Source: Moniliella sp. 'wahieum' (lineage: Eukaryota). Taken from it: a stretch of DNA of 64,000 nucleotides. The notes beneath the pieces were generated by a model, which was not told the origin of the DNA, did no database searches, and worked only from the letters and a program-made list of their open reading frames with translations. Position 1 is the first letter of the stretch. Every line of letters starts with the position of its first letter. The stretch covers positions 62,001 through 126,000 of the forward strand of contig RSEE01000039.1 of NCBI GenBank assembly GCA_003971905.1. The letters run 5' to 3'. This document shows, piece after piece, positions 59,188 to 64,000 of the stretch. The position numbers and the translations under genes were made by a program.

Positions 59188-60934
59188 ATGTGCGGCATCT
59201 GTCTCGTCGCCGCCGCCAGCTCCTCGGATTCCGGCGACGATGGCGCGCACTGGCGCAGCTGGTCGCCACCAACCGCCTGCGTGGTGCGTCTTGCTCTCCC
59301 CCCGACCCTCCACAGCCTCGCAAAACTAACCCTTCGTCCTCCCGCCCAGGCCCCGACCAGTGCGCCACCATCGCCCCCTTCTGGCCTGCCTGGCACGACA
59401 CACGCCTCTTCTCCAGCGTCCTGGGCCTCCGCGGCCGCTCCATAACCCCCCAGCCCCTACGCTCTGCCCTCGGCACGCTCGCTGGAACGGCCAGATCTTC
59501 GCTCTCGACCCCCGCCCTGCCGCCCCCGCCGTCGCCTCCGCTCTCAGCCACCTCTTCGCTTCCCTCCACACCGCCGCCAACGACGGCGAAGCGCTCCTCG
59601 CTGCCCTCGAGTTATTGGTCCACACCTCTTCCCTCAGCCCCACCACCGCCCTCCTCCACCTGCTTGACGCATTGACGGGCCTTACGCCTTCTGCTTCATC
59701 ACGGACCAAGACCTGGTCTATGGCCGCGACCCCCTGGACGGCGCTCCCTCCTCCACTCCCCTAACCCCGAGCACTCCTCCTTGCTTCCTGCGGTGCTGCA
59801 GGTCCCACTCCGCTCACTGAAGTCCCATGTGATAATTACTTTCTCCTTCGCGCCTCTGACCGGACCTTGACCTCCTCCCCCGATCTCGCCCAGAATGGAC
59901 GTTGCCTTCGGTCTTGCCCGACACTAATACCACGCCTAGCGAGACACAGGCTGCGGTCATTCAGCACCTGATCCAAGTACTCCGTGATTCTGTCGCCAGT
60001 CGCCTTCCCCCGATCCTCTGCCGCCCTGAAAGCAACACTGTCTCCGCTGCCCTCCTCTTCTCGGGCGGAATCGACTGCACCACCCTGGCCCTGCTCATGC
60101 ACCAGCATCTCCCGCCTGCACAGCCGATTGACTTGTTGAACGTTGCCTTCCAATCTTCTGACGACTACAACACCCCCGATCGGCTCACCGCGTTTGCTGC
60201 GCTGGAGGAGCTGCGCACGCTCCACCCCGAGCGTGCCTGGCGCCTGGTCACGATCAACGTCTCCAAAGAGGAATATGCCGCCCAACGAGCCAAGGTGGTA
60301 GATACGATGGCTCCAAGCGATACAGTGGTACGTGCGTGTCCGCGTGGGCGTATGCGTATACATGGGAGGTATGGATCAGCTGACTCTTGGTATGGTGATG
60401 GGGATCCAGATGGACCTGAGCATTGCCATGGCACTCTACTTTGCTGCCTTGGGCCGGGGCATGGTCGCCAACCCAGAGACGGGGCACGAAACGCCCTATA
60501 CCACGCCGGCTCGTGTACTGATCAGCGGACTAGGTGCCGACGAGCTCTTTGGAGGCTACCAACGTCACCGCCTCGCGTTTGAGCGCAAGGCCTACCCGGG
60601 CCTCCGGGACGAGCTGCAGCTCGATTTGGACCGCTTGCCCGAACGCAACCTAGGGCGCGACGATCGGGTCATTTCTTCTACCGGGCGGGAAGCACGTTTC
60701 CCGTTCCTTGCCTTGGCTGTGGTCAACTATGTGGCCCAACTGCCTGTGGAGCAAAAGGCGTTCTACGGTCCTAAAGACCAAGTCGGGGACAAACGCTTGC
60801 TGCGGGACGTGGCACATGCATTGGGGTTACGGGCTACCGCCGAGCGGGCTAAGCGCGCCATTCAATTTGGTACACGCAGCGCCAAGCTCGACACGGCTGG
60901 GGGCAAAAACATGCCCGCGGGGTACGCAAGGTAG
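59188..60934 (+). CDS. Asparagine synthetase domain-containing protein (ASNSD1/YML096W-like), frameshifted in the assembly
   Basis: N-terminal MCGI, SSVLGLRG..QPL, WNGQIF, NDG, LLFSGGIDCT, IDLLNVAF, PDR, MDLSIAMALYFAA, SGLGADELFGGY, RNLGRDDRV and KRAIQFG. Confidence 0.92.
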
Positions 60935-61001
60935 AGCGTCTCCCTTTGCCCTAACGGCCAATCCCATCCACATGCCACGCGCCAGCTAGCCACCAGATGC
61001 A

Positions 61002-62575
61002 TTAATCCCATTTATCATAGTCATCGTCACCGGGATTCGAGGCCCGCATGGGCGGTGGTGGGCGGCGCTTCTTGTAGTCGCGCTTGATCAGCATCTCTTC
61101 GTCTTTCGGGCGGGCGCGGAGGAAGGCGAGGGCATTGTCCCGCTCGTACACAGCCTGCGCCGTAGCCTCCTCCCAGTTCCGTTCCATCGGGTACTCCTTC
61201 CGCGCACGCGGGGTCACCACATGCACCTGGCACCACCCGCATCGACCATGGCCCAGTTACCGTCACCCCTCTTGCGCTGATTGTCGACCCGAGCCGCGAT
61301 ACGGGGACCACGGAAGTTGATGTACCGGTTGGTTCCGGGGTTGGAACGGTTCACACGCGGTCGCCTGGGTAAAGGGGACGAGACCTTCGTATTGCACCGG
61401 GTGGATGGGACGTTGGCTCTTGGTGGGTGTCACCAGTTCCCGACCCGAATCGCGATCGACCAGGGTGTAGGCATGCTGCATCACCACCTTGGTGGGTAGG
61501 GCGTCGGTCCGCGCATCGTATCCCTGGAGCTGAGCCTTCTGCTCTTCAGCGGGAGGGGGATGTTGTAAGACACGCTCAAATGCAGCTTCGACCCGATCAA
61601 ACAGCGAGCGCTCCAACTCGGGCATCGCCGCTTCACGCACATGCTGGAACTGCTGCAGACGGGTGTTACGCCGAGCCAGCTGGGCCGGAGGGAGGGGAAC
61701 GTCGAGCTGCAGCAGGCGCTGGACCATGTCCTGGGAAAGACAGAAGACAGTGCTGAGCACTTGGGTGTGTAGCGCTCAGGATTGGAACTATGCAGCATCC
61801 GAATGCCCTCTTGGACCTCACGCGATACGAGAGGCGGGCCAGGGGGGCTCCATTCGCTCCTCAGGAGTGAGGTCAAGGGTTTCGAGGAACTCGGCTGTGG
61901 CTTCCAGTGCCACAGCGGGAGGGGCGGTTTGTTCCAACTTGGCATGTTGAAGGTTAGTACAGAGGCAAGAAGAGGGGGAGGCAGATGACGTACGTAGTAC
62001 CCGATTTCCTCTCCAGGCGTTTGACCGCACCGCGCGTGGCACTGCGGACCTCGATGATGAGGATCCAGTCGGCTGTGGGCTGCTCAGGCGCGAGGGAAGG
62101 GTATGGATGAAACGCATCGGAGGGCGACGCGAGTGACTGCGTCCGGCAGGACAAGGCTCTGGTGCATGGAGTAGACCGAGCCCTCTCCCATCGTGGGCTC
62201 GAGGACAGACGCGACCAAATGGGACGCGGGACCAGAGAGGAGCACGTCGTACAGATCCTCCAGCTGGCTGGGCAGAAGGAACTGTGCGGTATCATCCACT
62301 CCCTCCCCCATGCCACTAAGGACGTTAGGCGGGGAATCTCGGGGTCCTGCACAGGGCCCCGCACGAAGGCCTCGTCCTCGAGCGCCGTCTCCTCTTCCAT
62401 GAACCAGGGAATGTCCACACTCCCGGCCTGGCTGGCGCGCACAGGGGTGGTGTGCACGAGGCGGGCGGGCACGCGGGCGGCACGCGGCGGCAGCGGCGGG
62501 ACGACGAGGCGGCGCGTGGGGCGGTGAGAGCGCGGGGCGTGCGACTGCCCTGGCGAGCATCCGGCGAGGCAGCAT
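61002..62575 (-). CDS. Probable mitochondrial Atp25/RsfS-like protein, frameshifted in the assembly
   Basis: Arg/Ala-rich presequence MLPRRMLARAVARP, IPWFMEEE and ADWILIIEVRSATRGAVKRL. The family call is from recollection only. Confidence 0.5.
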
Positions 62576-63347
62576 CGTAGGCACACTTGCTTGCTTGCTT
62601 GGCTTAGGTGGTGGCGCACGAAAAAAGAACAGCAGGGTGCTTAAGCCCTCCATCCACCCGTCTCAAGAAGCCCGCTGTTCCGCCCCTTCCGCTCAACGCA
62701 CGTGAGGCCCTGGTCACGTGAGTCTCTGGGCCGGCGTCGGTTTGCAGGTGCTCGTGGGGGCTCGAAGGGACGAGGAAGGCCAGGCTGAGGCCACGGACGA
62801 TGAGATCGATGAGGAATCTACGCCAGCCGAATGCTGGGCCAAGGAGCTGCATCGGCTGCCCGAGCAGACCGAGTGCGACCAGCAGCAGGCATGCTGTCGG
62901 CACGCCGTTTCTTTCCTTTGCCCAGAGGTTTCGGTATTCTCCGGCGGAAGGAACTTGGTTGCAGTGTTGTCGTGTGGGTGACGGCCTCGGCTTCATCGCC
63001 AACACGTCCGCCATGCTCATCCTCCACTCACGCTGCTTGGAAAAAACAAATGCCGGGAGGCAGAGGGTCTGGGCCTGCGGGCGACACCATTGACCTCCTG
63101 ATGAATGATTGGATGGGCACGAGCTGATATAGCAAACGCTCGAAAAGCGGGCCTAGTATAGGTGAAGCGTTTCTGATGTCCCTGCCACTCAAGGTGGCAA
63201 ATGCTATACTACGAACACGGAAGTGCAAGGTGCCATCATTACGAATTCCCCCCCCCATCATCGCGATGATCTACGACCCAGTCAAGAGCACCAAGAAAAA
63301 TCAATCATATTGACATCCAGCAGAACCAACACCTTCCACGTATCTCT

Positions 63348-64000
63348 TTACTTTGCACTCAGCAGCTGCGCCAGCTCGCGCTGGGCGAGGCGCTCCGACG
63401 CGTTCTTGCGCCGGCCCTGGGCCACCAGTTCCTGGTACCGCGCCCGCATCAGCTCCGTGTCAACCGTCAACGGACAGTCCGCAAGCGGATGGTGCGGCGT
63501 AGCGTGGCACACCGCACACTCGTGCACACTGGCCATCCCCCACTCTTGGCCAGGGCTCTTCTGCGTTTTCTTCGGCTGTGTCCCGAACGGCGTCGTCTCC
63601 AACTCATCGCTCTCTGCGGCACTCTGCTGTTCCTCATCGGACGCCATCACGTCATCCGTGTCCGCAGTCGCGCTAGTCTGGGTCCCCATCGCTAGCCCAG
63701 CCGCATGTCCAATAGCATCATCCTGCGGCGCATCCGGGGCGGCGGCAACAGGCATCTGATGCGAAGGCTGGGGGAAAATGAACTGGTACGAGTAGGATTC
63801 CGGCGGCTTGACGTAGATCACCACTTCCTCCGGGTCCAAGGCGGAAGAGCTTTGATCTTGCGTTCAAACGCAGCGAAATCGGTCTGGTTACGCAGCTCAA
63901 TCATCATGCCACGGAAAGCATAGGCCAACAACACCGTTTCCGTCGCGTCCAAGTCCAACCGATCCCGCACCAGCGATTGCATAGCAGCCAGAGTAGGAAT
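63348..64000 (-). CDS. 3' end of a gene with a C-terminal CCHC zinc knuckle (possibly a Mit1/CHD-type remodeller)
   Basis: CAVCHATPHHPLADCPL followed by a helical tail and TAA at 63350-63348; the frame continues off the right edge. Confidence 0.45.

Noticed and set aside
1..64000. Mass pseudogenisation or programmed frameshifting
   Set aside because: Frameshifts hit nearly all long genes, including conserved housekeeping ones (UTP11, MDM34, importin), often at homopolymers, while the protein motifs stay intact. Long-read indel error is the simplest explanation.

Overview
GC-rich (by eye), gene-dense, intron-poor fungal DNA that reads as basidiomycete-like, with short GT..AG introns and CTRAC branch points. 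Most long genes are broken by 1-bp indels, including conserved housekeeping genes. I read this as uncorrected long-read assembly error rather than pseudogenisation, so gene limits are approximate. Conserved genes from left to right: ATG8, Rho-GDI, UBA3, EF1-beta (hosting a U18/snR18 C/D snoRNA in its intron), a SUN-domain protein, TMEM256/DUF423, a DHA1 MFS transporter, a Git1-like permease, a small GPI-type protein, an ENT nucleoside transporter, MDM34, an orphan FxF-repeat protein, tRNA-Gly(GCC), a WrbA-type quinone reductase, a Fab1-like PIP kinase, importin-9, a small hydrophilic protein, UTP11, an ASNSD1-like gene, an ATP25-like gene and a partial zinc-knuckle gene. An accessory island of about 13 kb (33.0-46.2 kb) interrupts this backbone. 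It holds a solo LTR with a 5-bp TSD and a second copy of that LTR with another solo LTR nested inside. It also holds a 2.7-kb copia-derived element whose integrase ORF is open but lacks two catalytic residues. The most interesting feature is an apparent chimeric gene fusing an Mbp1/Swi4-type APSES DNA-binding domain to a DDT/WHIM-WSD-PHD chromatin module. All identifications come from motif recognition by eye; no searches were run.
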